Source: an uncultured cyanobacterium (GTDB lineage: Bacteria; Cyanobacteriota; Cyanobacteriia; Cyanobacteriales; CAWCAG01). Taken from it: a stretch of 64,000 bases of DNA. Below, one piece after another: positions 10,719-21,166 of this stretch. Position 1 is the first letter of the stretch; each line of letters opens with the position of its first letter. Both the position numbers and the translations under genes were made by a program. The stretch spans positions 352,001 to 416,000 of the forward strand of contig CAWDOD010000010.1 of the NCBI GenBank assembly GCA_963803805.1, in the 5' to 3' direction. A model generated the notes under the pieces. That model was given only the letters and a program-made list of their open reading frames with translations. It was not told where the DNA came from and searched no databases.

Positions 10719-11060
10719 ATGACTGAAGATTTAACAACTAAGCGGAAACTACTTTCTGGATTATCCCATGGGGCAATATTCTTGAGTGCAACTGTTGTTT
10801 CAGTAGGAATTCCTGTTGCTATTTATCTAGTTTCAGATGATGCCATTGTTAAAGCAAATGCTCAAGAATCTCTCAATTTCCACTTTAATATTTGGCTCTA
10901 CGGAATTATATTTGGTATTTTAGCTTTTTTCGTCATTGGTATTCCTCTGCTTTGGATATTAGGCATTGTTAATGTTTTGGCTCCCATTTTTGCCATCATT
11001 AAAATCGTTGCTGATGCTGATACAGTTTTTCGCTATCCCTTTATTTTTCGCTTACTCTAA
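10719..11060 (+). CDS. DUF4870 family membrane protein
   Basis: NAQESLNFH and FRYPFIFRL motifs; 3 TM. Confidence 0.8.
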   Translation: MTEDLTTKRKLLSGLSHGAIFLSATVVSVGIPVAIYLVSDDAIVKANAQESLNFHFNIWLYGIIFGILAFFVIGIPLLWILGIVNVLAPIFAIIKIVADADTVFRYPFIFRLL

Positions 11061-11091
11061 AGTTTCCATGGCGATACAATTAACTTCACCT

Positions 11092-11140
11092 AAAAATACG
11101 CTGCTTACCTAGTATAGAAAAGTGTAAGCAGCGTATTTTT
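11092..11140. terminator. Bidirectional intrinsic terminator
   Basis: AAAAATACGCTGCTTAC ... GTAAGCAGCGTATTTTT inverted repeat between convergent genes. Confidence 0.8.
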
Positions 11141-11180
11141 TCATCAAGAATTAGTAACAGTTAATAACTTAATTTAGTTA

Positions 11181-12534
11181 TTAAACTAACTGCTCTTCTT
11201 CTAGTAAAGAAGTTCTTTGAATAGAAGCACCCAATTGACGTAATTTACCTTCTAAATTGTCGTAACCTCTATCTAGATGCTGCAAACCTTTAATCACAGT
11301 TTGACCATTGGCAGCTAAACCTGCCAGTACTAAAGCCGCAGATGCCCGTAAATCCGTAGCTAAGACTGGTGCGCCGGAAAGCATTGGCACTCCTCGAACA
11401 ATGGCGTGATTCCCTTTTAAGCGAATATCCGCCCCCATGCGGTTTAACTCTGCGACATGACGGAGGCGATTCTCAAACACTGTTTCTGAGATGACGCAGT
11501 TTCCTTCACTTACAGCCATTAAGGCCATAAATTGAGCCTGCATATCTGTAGGAAAGCCGGGATAGGGTAAAGTTTCAATATCGGTGGCTTTTAACTCTCC
11601 AGGAATGACGCGGAGGCAATCAGCACTGTCTGCCACTACGTTACATCCTGCGGCCTGTAGCTTAGCAATAGCCGGAACAAGATGCTCCGGAATGACCGGA
11701 GAAATACTTATTTCTGAATGGGTAATGGCCCCTGCAACTAAGAAGGTTCCGGCTTCAATTCTGTCGGGAATCACAGAATAATCTGTAGAATGTAAACTTT
11801 CTACCCCAGAAATGATAATAGTATTAGTGCCTGCACCACTAATTTTTGCACCCATAGAACGGCAAAAGTTAGCTAAATCAACCACTTCTGGCTCTTGGGC
11901 TGCGTTTTCAATAACGCTTTCTCCTTCGGCTAAGGTTGCTGCCATCATCACAGTTTCGGTAGCACCAACGCTAGGGTAATCTAAATAGACTTTCCCACCT
12001 TTAAGCCTCTTACTAGCCCCAGGAACATAGGCATTAATCATACCACCTTCAATATGAACCTCGGCTCCTAATGCTCGCAAACCCTTAACATGGAGATCCA
12101 CTCGGCCTCGCACCGATGGCACAACCACCCGGTAAAGGAACCCGGGCAGCCCCTAGCCTGGCTAATACAGAACCAATAACAAAAAAGCTAGCTCTCAATT
12201 TAGAGACTAACTCATAGGGGGCAGGCCCGACGTTCAAATTTTTGGCATTGATGTCTAAAATATCCCCTTGAGTAGAAACTCTTACTCCCAAGGAAGCGAG
12301 AATTTGACCCATTCTCCTGGTATCCACGAGGGAGGGAACATTTCGCAGTCGGCAATCTTCTGGACAAAGTAAGGCCCCTGCCATAATTGTGAGGGCTGAG
12401 TTTTTTGCACCACTGATAGTAACGTGACCCTTAAGAGACTTTCTGCCCCAAATTTTTAATACAGGTTGATCTTCTTCGGACATAGAGTTGCTGGTGCTTC
12501 CGTTCAAAGAGGTATTGATGGTTCGGTCCTCCAA
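11181..12534 (-). CDS. murA: UDP-N-acetylglucosamine 1-carboxyvinyltransferase, split by a +1 frameshift near 12102 (probable sequencing error)
   Basis: [21 protein letters not shown] in ORF 12085-12534 continue as VDLHV...PDRIEAGT...PGFPTDMQ...DLRAS in ORF 11181-12128. Confidence 0.93.
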
Positions 12535-12733
12535 AATAATGCAGTTAATAGTTTGCGGACTAAAAATAGAAAATTCGTTCTGATTTTACCTGAAAGATAC
12601 CAATTGTGTAGATTATTATCAAATTTTTTCATTGACTTGAGAAAAGTAGCATCTTTTGCTTAGAGGAGAAGCTTGACTTTATTGATAAAGTAAGAGACTA
12701 TCAAAGGCTGTGCTAAAAATAATATACATTCAA

Positions 12734-12817
12734 GCGGAACTGGCGGAATTGGTAGACGCGCATGATTCAGGTTCATGTGTTCGCAAGGACTTCCGGGTTC
12801 AAGTCCCGGGTTCCGCA
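12734..12817 (+). tRNA. trnL: tRNA-Leu(CAG)
   Basis: Acceptor GCGGAAC/GTTCCGC, anticodon arm CATGA-TTCAGGT-TCATG, long variable arm, GGTTCAAGTCC T-arm; CCA not encoded. Confidence 0.96.
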
Positions 12818-12862
12818 TCTAGAAGTTAAAAGTAAGATGATATTGGTTTTGGTTGTTAGGGA

Positions 12863-13669
12863 ATGATGACTGAGGAAATTTTAACTAGCCGACAAAATCC
12901 TTTGATTAAGCAAATGCGTAAATTGCGTCATAGCAAGGAACGTCGGGAACAAAATCTTATTTTATTGGAAGGGGCGAATTTAATAGCCGTGGCTTGCCAG
13001 GAAAATCACCCTTTTGTGACTTTATGTTATACGCAAGCATGGCGAAATCAACATCCTCAGCTTTGGCAAGAGGCAACTCAAAATGCGGAGAGAGTAGAAT
13101 TAGTTGACCAAGAATTGTTAGGGGCGATCGCAACTACAGTTAATCCTGATGGTGTGGTGGCAACTATCTCGCGAGGGATAATCAGTGATTTACCGACTAA
13201 TCAAGTTGGTTTAGGCTTAGTTGTAGAAAGAATCCAAGACCCTGGTAACTTAGGTACAATAATCCGCACCGCCGTTGCTACTGGTGTAGATGGTTTGTGG
13301 TTAAGTGAAGATAGTGTAGCCCTCGATAATCCTAAACTTTTACGAGCTTCTGCGGGGGAATGGTTTAGGATGCCGAAGGGTGTTAGTTCTAATCTTGTTG
13401 AGGTTGTTTCAGGTTTGCGAAGTGAAATGCAGGTGATAGCAACTTTGCCCCAAGCTAGCAAAAGCTACTGGGAAGTTGATTTTCGCAGTCCTAGCTTAAT
13501 TTTGTTAGGTAACGAAAGGGCGGGGCTTTCAGAAGAATTGCTAACCTTAGCTGATGAGAAAATTTGTATTCCTTTGCAAAGAGGTGTTGAATCTCTCAAT
13601 GTAGCTATAGCTTCTGCTTTATTGCTTTATGAAGTTCAAAGACAACGACTCTTATTTGCTAAGGGCTAA
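12863..13669 (+). CDS. TrmH/SpoU family RNA methyltransferase
   Basis: IQDPGNLGTIIRTA, LGNERAGL, ESLNVAIA SPOUT motifs. Confidence 0.93.
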   Translation: MMTEEILTSRQNPLIKQMRKLRHSKERREQNLILLEGANLIAVACQENHPFVTLCYTQAWRNQHPQLWQEATQNAERVELVDQELLGAIATTVNPDGVVATISRGIISDLPTNQVGLGLVVERIQDPGNLGTIIRTAVATGVDGLWLSEDSVALDNPKLLRASAGEWFRMPKGVSSNLVEVVSGLRSEMQVIATLPQASKSYWEVDFRSPSLILLGNERAGLSEELLTLADEKICIPLQRGVESLNVAIASALLLYEVQRQRLLFAKG

Positions 13670-13676
13670 TGGCTGA

Positions 13677-13910
13677 TTATTCTGGAATATCTTCCAAATC
13701 AGCAGCAACCTCGTCCCAATTTAACTCTTTTTCTGGATTCTTAGGGGCAGAACCAGTTTGTTCTTCCGGAGACTTCGCAGAAGAACTTTCTTGAGAATCA
13801 TCGGATTCTAACAAGTTTTTTAGCTGATCTAGGGCTTTATAGAACTCTTGACTAGCCTCACTTCGATCTGGTAGATGATGGTCATTCATAGGAACAGTTA
13901 AGTTCATCAT
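13677..13910 (-). CDS. Small acidic hypothetical protein
   Basis: 77-aa ORF with EFYKALDQL and WDEVAADLE segments, filling an intergenic gap. Confidence 0.55.
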   Translation of the reverse strand: MMNLTVPMNDHHLPDRSEASQEFYKALDQLKNLLESDDSQESSSAKSPEEQTGSAPKNPEKELNWDEVAADLEDIPE

Positions 13911-14044
13911 TTACCAATCATAAATGATGCTTGAAGATAACAGCACAGCCGTACAATAATAACTGATAATTGATCACTGCTTGTCATTGTTGATTAGTGA
14001 AGTTGACAATGAAGGGGGGGTAACAACGCACCAGGAGATCTAAA

Positions 14045-15466
14045 GTGAGCGAACAATTTGATTATGATTTGGTAATTATTGGGGCTGGTGTAGGAGGCCA
14101 TGGGGCTGCCTTACACGCAGTTAAGTGTGGATTGAAGACAGCGATTATTGAAGCGGCTGATATGGGAGGAACTTGCGTTAATCGTGGCTGTATTCCTTCT
14201 AAAGCTTTATTGGCCGCTTCGGGAAAAGTACGGGAGTTGGGTAATGGCCACCTCAAAGATTTAGGGGTTCAAGTCGGAGGAGTAGAATTTGATCGAGGGG
14301 CGATCGCCGACCATGCTAATAATTTAGTTAGTAAAATTAGCAGTGATTTAACCAATAGCCTCAAACGCCTAAAGGTAGATATTATCAGAGGCTGGGGTAA
14401 ACTTGCTGGGGAACAAAAGGTAACTGTTGCTACCGATAACGGCGAAAGAACCATCACCGGGAAAGATATTATGCTTTGTCCTGGTTCAATTCCTTTTGTA
14501 CCTCCTGGTATTGAGGTTGATGGCAAAACTGTTTTTACTAGCGACGATGCAGTGCGGTTAGAATCTTTACCCGATTGGATTGCCATTATTGGTAGTGGTT
14601 ACATTGGTTTAGAGTTTTCTGATGTTTACTCTGCTTTGGGCTGTGAAATTACTATGATTGAAGCCCTAGATAGTTTAATGCCCGGTTTTGACCCAGAAAT
14701 CGCCAAAATTGCCAAGCGAGTTTTGATTGACCCCAGAGATTTAGAAACCTATGTGGGAACCTTGGCGAAAAAAGTTACTCCCGGAAAGCCTGTCGTGATT
14801 GAATTGGCAGAGATGGCAACTAAAGAAACCATTGATGTTTTGGAAGTAGATGCCTGCTTAGTAGCTACAGGACGTATTCCCGCTACGAAAAACTTAGGTT
14901 TAGAGTCTTTGGGGGTAGAAACCACTAGACGGGGTTTTATTGATGTTAATGACCAAATGGCTGTTTTAAGGGATGGACAACCTGTACCTCACCTCTGGGG
15001 GGTAGGAGATGCTACAGGAAAAATGATGTTAGCCCATGCTGCTTCTGCCCAAGGAGTGATTGCCGTGGAAAATATTTGCGGTCGAGAAAAGACGATTGAT
15101 TATCGCAGTATTCCGGCGGCTGCTTTTACCCATCCAGAAATAAGTTATGTGGGGTTAGGAGAGCCAGCAGCGAAGGAATTAGGGGAAACCGAAGGATTTG
15201 GAGTGAAGTCCGTTAAAACCTACTTTAAGGGCAATTCTAAAGCCCTTGCAGAAGGAGAAACCGAAGGGATGGCAAAAGTTATTTACCGTGCTGATACTGG
15301 AGAAGTGTTAGGGGTTCACATTATTGGCATCCACGCTTCTGATTTAATCCAAGAAGCAGCAAATGCGATCGCCCAACGCCAATCTGTCCACAATCTAGCT
15401 TTTAATGTTCATACCCATCCAACTCTTTCTGAGGTTTTGGATGAAGCTTATAAAAGGGCAGTTTAA
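14045..15466 (+). CDS. lpdA: Dihydrolipoamide dehydrogenase
   Basis: [19 protein letters not shown] redox disulfide, HTHPTLSE. Confidence 0.96.
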   Translation: MSEQFDYDLVIIGAGVGGHGAALHAVKCGLKTAIIEAADMGGTCVNRGCIPSKALLAASGKVRELGNGHLKDLGVQVGGVEFDRGAIADHANNLVSKISSDLTNSLKRLKVDIIRGWGKLAGEQKVTVATDNGERTITGKDIMLCPGSIPFVPPGIEVDGKTVFTSDDAVRLESLPDWIAIIGSGYIGLEFSDVYSALGCEITMIEALDSLMPGFDPEIAKIAKRVLIDPRDLETYVGTLAKKVTPGKPVVIELAEMATKETIDVLEVDACLVATGRIPATKNLGLESLGVETTRRGFIDVNDQMAVLRDGQPVPHLWGVGDATGKMMLAHAASAQGVIAVENICGREKTIDYRSIPAAAFTHPEISYVGLGEPAAKELGETEGFGVKSVKTYFKGNSKALAEGETEGMAKVIYRADTGEVLGVHIIGIHASDLIQEAANAIAQRQSVHNLAFNVHTHPTLSEVLDEAYKRAV

Positions 15467-15646
15467 TCAATGATGCCTAACGGCAACGGCAAGCCGAACA
15501 GTAATCAGTAATCAATGTATCCGTGAGGGGGATTTGCCTTTCACTATCTACAGTAATTTGGGGAATGAATATATCTTAAATGTTCCCCGCTCCTTATTCT
15601 CTGTTCCTCGTAACAACTAGCAACTAGCCATTAGCCATTAGCAAAA

Positions 15647-16534
15647 ATGCAAATAAGACGTAGACCTCCTAGTCCTGGAATTAATGTAAGTATCTTGCGC
15701 TATCAGGTGGCTTTACCGGATGCTGAACCAGACAATATACTTGAAGAAATTGTTTGGCATAAAGAACAAGAAGTCGAACGTTTGCGCGATCGCACCCCTT
15801 TATTACAATTACGAAAATTGGTAGAGAAAGTTGAACCTCCTCGCGATTTTTTGGGGGCTTTGCAACAAAGCAAAATCAAACCTGCCTTAATTGCCGAAGT
15901 AAAGAAAGCTTCTCCTAGTAAAGGGGTAATTAGAGAAGACTTTGAGCCGGTGGCGATCGCTAAAGCTTACGAACAAGGGGGGGCTAGTTGTTTATCAGTA
16001 TTAACCGATCAGAAATTCTTTCAAGGTAGTTTTGAGAATCTCTCTTTAGTTAGAGAAGCGGTGGATTTGCCTTTGTTATGTAAAGAATTCATCATCTATC
16101 CCTACCAAATCTATTTAGCCCGCAGCAAAGGTGCTGACGCGGTTTTATTGATTGCGGCAGTGTTAAGTGACCAAGATTTGCAATATTTTGTTAAAATTGC
16201 CCAGAATTTGGGCATGACTCCCCTGATAGAGGTACATACCCTTGCTGAATTGGATCGCGTATTACCCTTAGAAGGAGTTACCCTAGTAGGTATAAATAAT
16301 CGCGATTTGAAAAAATTCTCGGTCAATCTGCAAACAACTTGTCAAATTCTGGAAATGCGGAGGTCAACTTTGCAAGAAAGAAACATCTTGGTTGTGAGCG
16401 AGTCAGGGCTGCATACATCAGTGGACCTCAATTTAGTGAAAGAAGCTGGTGCTAATGCTGTTTTAATCGGTGAGTCCTTGTTAAGGAAGCCAGATCCTAC
16501 TGAAGCAATTAGGTCTTTGTTTCCTAATAACTAG
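15647..16534 (+). CDS. trpC: Indole-3-glycerol phosphate synthase
   Basis: [30 protein letters not shown]. Confidence 0.96.
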   Translation: MQIRRRPPSPGINVSILRYQVALPDAEPDNILEEIVWHKEQEVERLRDRTPLLQLRKLVEKVEPPRDFLGALQQSKIKPALIAEVKKASPSKGVIREDFEPVAIAKAYEQGGASCLSVLTDQKFFQGSFENLSLVREAVDLPLLCKEFIIYPYQIYLARSKGADAVLLIAAVLSDQDLQYFVKIAQNLGMTPLIEVHTLAELDRVLPLEGVTLVGINNRDLKKFSVNLQTTCQILEMRRSTLQERNILVVSESGLHTSVDLNLVKEAGANAVLIGESLLRKPDPTEAIRSLFPNN

Positions 16535-16631
16535 GGAAAAAATTAAAACAAACCTGTTACCAACAGGGAAAAAAAGAAGCATAAGCATTGCGATTGCTGA
16601 TCCACTCTACTCTTGATAATAATCAAATCCC

Positions 16632-16919
16632 ATGGAACCAATACCTCTTCCTTCTCACGTTCATTACGAACTACTTTTGCAACTTTTAGAACAGCAAAGT
16701 TCTTTTGCTGCAAATGAAAATCCGGCAGTGAAAAAGCAAGTTCAGCAACTGATTATTTTAATTCGCAAAGCTTTAGCACAACAGAAACAAATTGAGAGTA
16801 CTTGTGAGCGTTTTGATTTATCCTTTGAACCCAGGTGGTCACTCAATAATACAGTTTCTAGAAGGGAAGAGTTATTAGATGTTATTCCCTTACCAGAAAA
16901 GAGGAACAATGTTGGGTGA
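16632..16919 (+). CDS. Conserved cyanobacterial protein (DUF5340-like)
   Basis: PLPSHVHYELLLQLLE...RKALAQQKQ...RWSLN; family recalled as a trpC neighbour. Confidence 0.75.
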   Translation: MEPIPLPSHVHYELLLQLLEQQSSFAANENPAVKKQVQQLIILIRKALAQQKQIESTCERFDLSFEPRWSLNNTVSRREELLDVIPLPEKRNNVG

Positions 16920-17057
16920 ATTGAATGTTCAGTGTACGGCTTGTTGTTGCCGTAGACTAAATTGATAATTATTTGATTCACTCCTTTTTGACAAGTGGAA
17001 TACTATCTAAGTCAAACTTATTATTATTACTTATTACTTTTGACTTAGCGCTGTTTC

Positions 17058-18203
17058 TTGATGAAAAACAAACAAATGTTAATGATTCCGGGACCTACTC
17101 CTGTACCGGAAAAGGTTTTAGCAGCGATCGCCTCTCAACCTATTAGCCATCGTAGCCCAGAATATAATCAACTTAGTGCTGAAATAACGGCAGGGCTTAA
17201 GTGGTTACATCAAACCGAAAATGATATTCTTCCCTTAACTGTCAGTGGTACAGGGGCCATGGAAGCGGGGATTATTAATTTCCTTAGTCCAGGGGATCAT
17301 GTTTTGGTGGGTTGTAATGGTAAGTTTGGTGATCGCTGGGTTGATTTATGCAAAATTTTTGCCTTGGAGGTGACGAAAGTTGCGGCAGTGTGGGGACAAC
17401 CTCTTGATCCAGAAGAGTTTCGTACTTGTTTGAAAAAAGACCCAAAAATTAAGGCGGTTATTATTACCCATTCCGAAACTTCTACAGGGGTTCTCAATGA
17501 CCTAGAAACTATTGCTAATTATGTTAGTGAGGTTGGGGATAGTTTAATTATTGTTGATGCTGTCACCAGCCTGGGAACTTGCAATCTGCCTGTGGATGAA
17601 TGGGGTTTGGATGTTGTCATTTCTGGTTCTCAAAAGGGTTATATGATTCCTCCTGGTTTGGGCTTGGTAGCTGTTAGCCCTAAAGCTTGGGCTGCTTATA
17701 AATTAGCAAAGTTTCCTCGTTTTTACTTTGATTTAGGCAAGTATAGAGATTTTATTAACCAAGATAGTAGTCCTTTTACCCCTCCAGTTAATTTAATGTT
17801 CGGACTCCGGGTAGCTTTAGAGATGATGCAAGAAGAAGGGCTGAAAAACATTTTTATGCGTCATCAACGTTTAGGAAAAGCAACTCGTGAGGCAATAAAA
17901 GCTTTAGATTTGAATCTGTTTGCGTCGGAAAATGCGGCTAGTCCTGCTGTTACTGCAATTTTTCCTCATCCTGTGGCAGCAGAGGCAATTCGGGCTTCAA
18001 TGAAAAAACAGTTTAATATTGAATTAGCAGGAGGACAAAACCATTTAAAAGGTAAAATCTTCCGTATTGGTCATCTTGGTTTTGCCTGTAATCGTGATAT
18101 TTTGACGGCGATCGCTGCTTTAGAAGTAGTTCTACCAAAGTTAGGAAAAGATGTAACTCCAGGGGCGGGTATTACCGCAGCAAGTTATATTTTTTCTAGT
18201 TAG
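17058..18203 (+). CDS. Class V PLP aminotransferase (serine/alanine-glyoxylate type)
   Basis: LMIPGPTPVP, HSETSTG, SGSQKG (PLP lysine), FRIGHLG. Confidence 0.92.
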   Translation: MMKNKQMLMIPGPTPVPEKVLAAIASQPISHRSPEYNQLSAEITAGLKWLHQTENDILPLTVSGTGAMEAGIINFLSPGDHVLVGCNGKFGDRWVDLCKIFALEVTKVAAVWGQPLDPEEFRTCLKKDPKIKAVIITHSETSTGVLNDLETIANYVSEVGDSLIIVDAVTSLGTCNLPVDEWGLDVVISGSQKGYMIPPGLGLVAVSPKAWAAYKLAKFPRFYFDLGKYRDFINQDSSPFTPPVNLMFGLRVALEMMQEEGLKNIFMRHQRLGKATREAIKALDLNLFASENAASPAVTAIFPHPVAAEAIRASMKKQFNIELAGGQNHLKGKIFRIGHLGFACNRDILTAIAALEVVLPKLGKDVTPGAGITAASYIFSS

Positions 18204-18248
18204 CTAAATTTTAACAAACTTGCTTTTAACATCATCCCATTATCTATG

Positions 18249-18289
18249 GGCGATCGCCAAGCTTAAAACTGAGGATTTTGGCGATCGCC
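18249..18289. terminator. Hairpin built from two HIP1-containing arms between convergent genes
   Basis: GGCGATCGCCAA ... TTGGCGATCGCC, 12-bp perfect inverted repeat. Confidence 0.5.
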
Positions 18290-18311
18290 TAATTCAGCCT
18301 AGAACAGTTTT

Positions 18312-18842
18312 CTAAGCAACAGGAACTAAATCAACTTCATCTGTTCCTTGAGTTTCTGACTTACCAGAAGTAATTTCTTTACCATTAACTTCAATGGCAA
18401 AAGGAGTACCTTCTAAATTAAGATTGTAGTCAGTTTTTTCTGTAGTATAACCAACACTAGCAATCATTTCTCTACCTTCATCGGTATACAGAAAAGCTAG
18501 CATTTGATTCTTTTCTTGCTTATTATCATAAGCCCAAATTACCATATACTGTTTTCCCTGGTAATCAAATACTTTAGGCGCACGAGTGGGAACATAGCGC
18601 CCAGGATCACCGAAGCTAGCATCAAGGAAGTTCTGTACAGAATCAGTTTCTACATTAACGTAAGCCACTTCCTGAGCTGATTTTACCTCAGCTTCGTCTT
18701 TGCTTTCATCTACTGGTTCGGCTGGTTCATCTTCCTTACCGCGATTGCGGAAATAATCCACTGCCATTTTTGTCCCCACTGCACCAGCCGCAGCTACACC
18801 CGCACCAGCTAAGATATTACGAAGTTTTTTGAGTTGAACCAT
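18312..18842 (-). CDS. Hypothetical protein with N-terminal hydrophobic anchor
   Basis: 176-aa ORF; Ala/Gly-rich helix, acidic linker, then a predicted beta-rich domain. Confidence 0.75.
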   Translation of the reverse strand: MVQLKKLRNILAGAGVAAAGAVGTKMAVDYFRNRGKEDEPAEPVDESKDEAEVKSAQEVAYVNVETDSVQNFLDASFGDPGRYVPTRAPKVFDYQGKQYMVIWAYDNKQEKNQMLAFLYTDEGREMIASVGYTTEKTDYNLNLEGTPFAIEVNGKEITSGKSETQGTDEVDLVPVA

Positions 18843-19124
18843 TGGTTAACCTTTGCTTATTTACCTAAAGAACTAACTCTTTAGATAAAATTACAAAATC
18901 GGCTTTTTTGCAAGTCGAAATGGTCACTTTATTTTTTTTAATTAAATAATATAGCGTTTCTCCCTAAGAGTGAGGCATATCTCAATTAGCAATTAGCAAA
19001 AGCGCCAAAGGGCAAAAACCAGAGTTCAAATCCTACCTTATACTATTGAGGATTGATATATTTCTGAGTTATAAATTGCGATTAGTTTGTCCTAGCAATT
19101 AATTATTTATTTGTGAAGAAAGTA

Positions 19125-19212
19125 GTGACAGTTTACTTATTTGGCACAGTAATTGTTAGTTATTTAAGCTAGAATCGCTATTTAATACTTTGACAATTAA
19201 TAAAACTGTCAC
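19125..19212. promoter_or_regulatory. Two tandem palindromic boxes TGACA-N11-TG(G/T)CA upstream of the ketosynthase operon
   Basis: 19126-19146 TGACA gtttacttatt TGGCA and 19191-19211 TGACA attaataaaac TGTCA. Confidence 0.5.
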
Positions 19213-19312
19213 AGCAAATAAAAATATAGAAGTGATAGTTAATAGATTGAATTTAATTAGCTTGATGGTAAACATTTTACCAGGTTGCTAATACCATTTC
19301 AGGATTTTAGCT

Positions 19313-21166
19313 ATGAATAGGGCTTATATTAATAGTATAGGTAAGTTTTTACCAGGCAAACCCATTACGAATGGGGAAATGGAAGATTATTTAGGGAAGA
19401 TTAATGGCCAAGCTTCGCGAGTAAGGAAAAAGATACTTAATAGTAATGGCATTCAACAACGCTACTACGCATTAGATCAGCAACAAAATACAACTTATAC
19501 TAATAGCCAAATGGCAGCTTATGCTGCTAAAGATGCTCTTTCAAGGGGGAACTTAGAACCACAAGAAGTTGATTTACTTGCTTGTGCCACAAGTTGGCCA
19601 GATTTATTAGTACCGGGATTTGCTAGCTTAGTACATGGAGAGTTACCAGAATTATCTCCCTTAGAAGCTATTTCTACCCAAGGTGTTTGTTGCGGGGGAA
19701 TTGCTGCTTTAAATTATGCTGTTTCTCAAGTCAAATTAGGTAAAAGGAGTAATACTCTAGCCATCGCATCTGAGTTTGCTTCTCGCTTATTTAAACATAG
19801 TAACTTTGAAGCAGAAAATAAACTTAAAAATGGTGGTAAACTCCCTTTTGATACAGAATTTCTTCGTTGGATGCTTTCTGATGGTGCGGGTGCTTTTTTA
19901 ATTCAAAATGCCCCTGCTAAGGAAGGCATTAGTTTAAGAATAGAGTGGATTGAATCAATTTCCTACGCCAATGCTTATCCTTTGTGTATGTATGCGGGGA
20001 CTGCTGATGAAACAGGAAGAAAAAGCTGGCTAGATTATCCTTCTTATCAAGATGCTGCTGCTGCTGGGGCAATTAATTTACGGCAAAACATTCGTCTTCT
20101 TGATCAGGTGGTTAAGTTAGGGGTAGAAGGCTGGTTAAAACTGATTGAAACAGGAAAAGTGAATCCAGAAGAAATTGATTGGCTTTTGTGTCACTATTCT
20201 TCCCATTTCTTCCGTAGTAAAATTGTTGATTTATTAGCACAAGGTAACTGTTTAATTCCTGAATCCAAGTGGTTTACCAATCTCTATACTAGGGGCAATA
20301 CAGGTTGTGCTTCTCTCTACCTTATGTTGGAAGAATTATTCCACTCCGGCAAGTTACAACCAGGAGAAAAAATATTTTGCTTTGTCCCAGAAAGTGGCCG
20401 CTTTACCACTGCTTATTTAATGTTGACAGTGGTGTCTTTTGAAAGGGAAACAGTAACCTCAGAACCCTCATCTCTAACCTTTCCTCTTAGTAGTATTGCA
20501 ACGAAAGATTCTAATACTATAGCAGCCAGTTTACTACGGCAATTAGCTTTAGTTTGGTTGGAATTTGAACGCAACTTAAATTCAGTTCCATTGATTCGGA
20601 AACTATACCGTAATGAATTTACAATTAAAGATTATCAGGCTTTATTGCGTAACCTACGTCCTCAAGTAGTAGAAGGGGCAAGATGGATAGCTCGTGCTGC
20701 TTCTAATATGCAAGATTTTCAACTTCGTTCTACCTTTATTGGCCATGCCCAAGATGAACACCGAGACTATCAAATGTTAGAGCGAAATTATGTTTCTGTA
20801 GGGGGTGAATTAGCAGAGATTATTAATGCTGAAAAAAATCTTGGTTCGGAAGCTCTTTCTGCTTTTATTTTCCATCAAGCATCCCAAGAAAATCCTATAG
20901 ATTTGATTGGGAGTATGTTTATTATTGAAGGTTTAGGTAATCAATTAGCAGGGCAATGGGCTTCTTTAATTAAACGAACTCTCAATTTAAAGGAAGAGCA
21001 AGTTTCTTTTTTAAGCTATCACAGTGCCAATGATGAATCTCACATCGGCAAGTTGTCAGCTATTATTAATGCACCTTGGCTAACTCCAAAAATTGCTCAA
21101 CGCATTATTAAAACAGCTAAAGTTACCGCACGTTTATATCAATTACAATTAGAAGAAGTCAAATAA
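19313..21166 (+). CDS. DarB/StlD-like KAS III ketosynthase fused to a C-terminal heme-oxygenase-like (diiron) domain
   Basis: KS: TQGVCCGG (Cys), WMLSDGAGA, LCHYSS (His), GNTG (Asn), FVPESGRF; C-terminus: QVVEG, HAQDEHRD, IIEGLG, YHSANDESH metal-ligand pattern. Confidence 0.8.
   Translation: MNRAYINSIGKFLPGKPITNGEMEDYLGKINGQASRVRKKILNSNGIQQRYYALDQQQNTTYTNSQMAAYAAKDALSRGNLEPQEVDLLACATSWPDLLVPGFASLVHGELPELSPLEAISTQGVCCGGIAALNYAVSQVKLGKRSNTLAIASEFASRLFKHSNFEAENKLKNGGKLPFDTEFLRWMLSDGAGAFLIQNAPAKEGISLRIEWIESISYANAYPLCMYAGTADETGRKSWLDYPSYQDAAAAGAINLRQNIRLLDQVVKLGVEGWLKLIETGKVNPEEIDWLLCHYSSHFFRSKIVDLLAQGNCLIPESKWFTNLYTRGNTGCASLYLMLEELFHSGKLQPGEKIFCFVPESGRFTTAYLMLTVVSFERETVTSEPSSLTFPLSSIATKDSNTIAASLLRQLALVWLEFERNLNSVPLIRKLYRNEFTIKDYQALLRNLRPQVVEGARWIARAASNMQDFQLRSTFIGHAQDEHRDYQMLERNYVSVGGELAEIINAEKNLGSEALSAFIFHQASQENPIDLIGSMFIIEGLGNQLAGQWASLIKRTLNLKEEQVSFLSYHSANDESHIGKLSAIINAPWLTPKIAQRIIKTAKVTARLYQLQLEEVK

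Noticed and set aside
12085-12128. Programmed ribosomal frameshift in murA
   Set aside because: No slippery sequence, and other 1-nt indels in the window point to sequencing error
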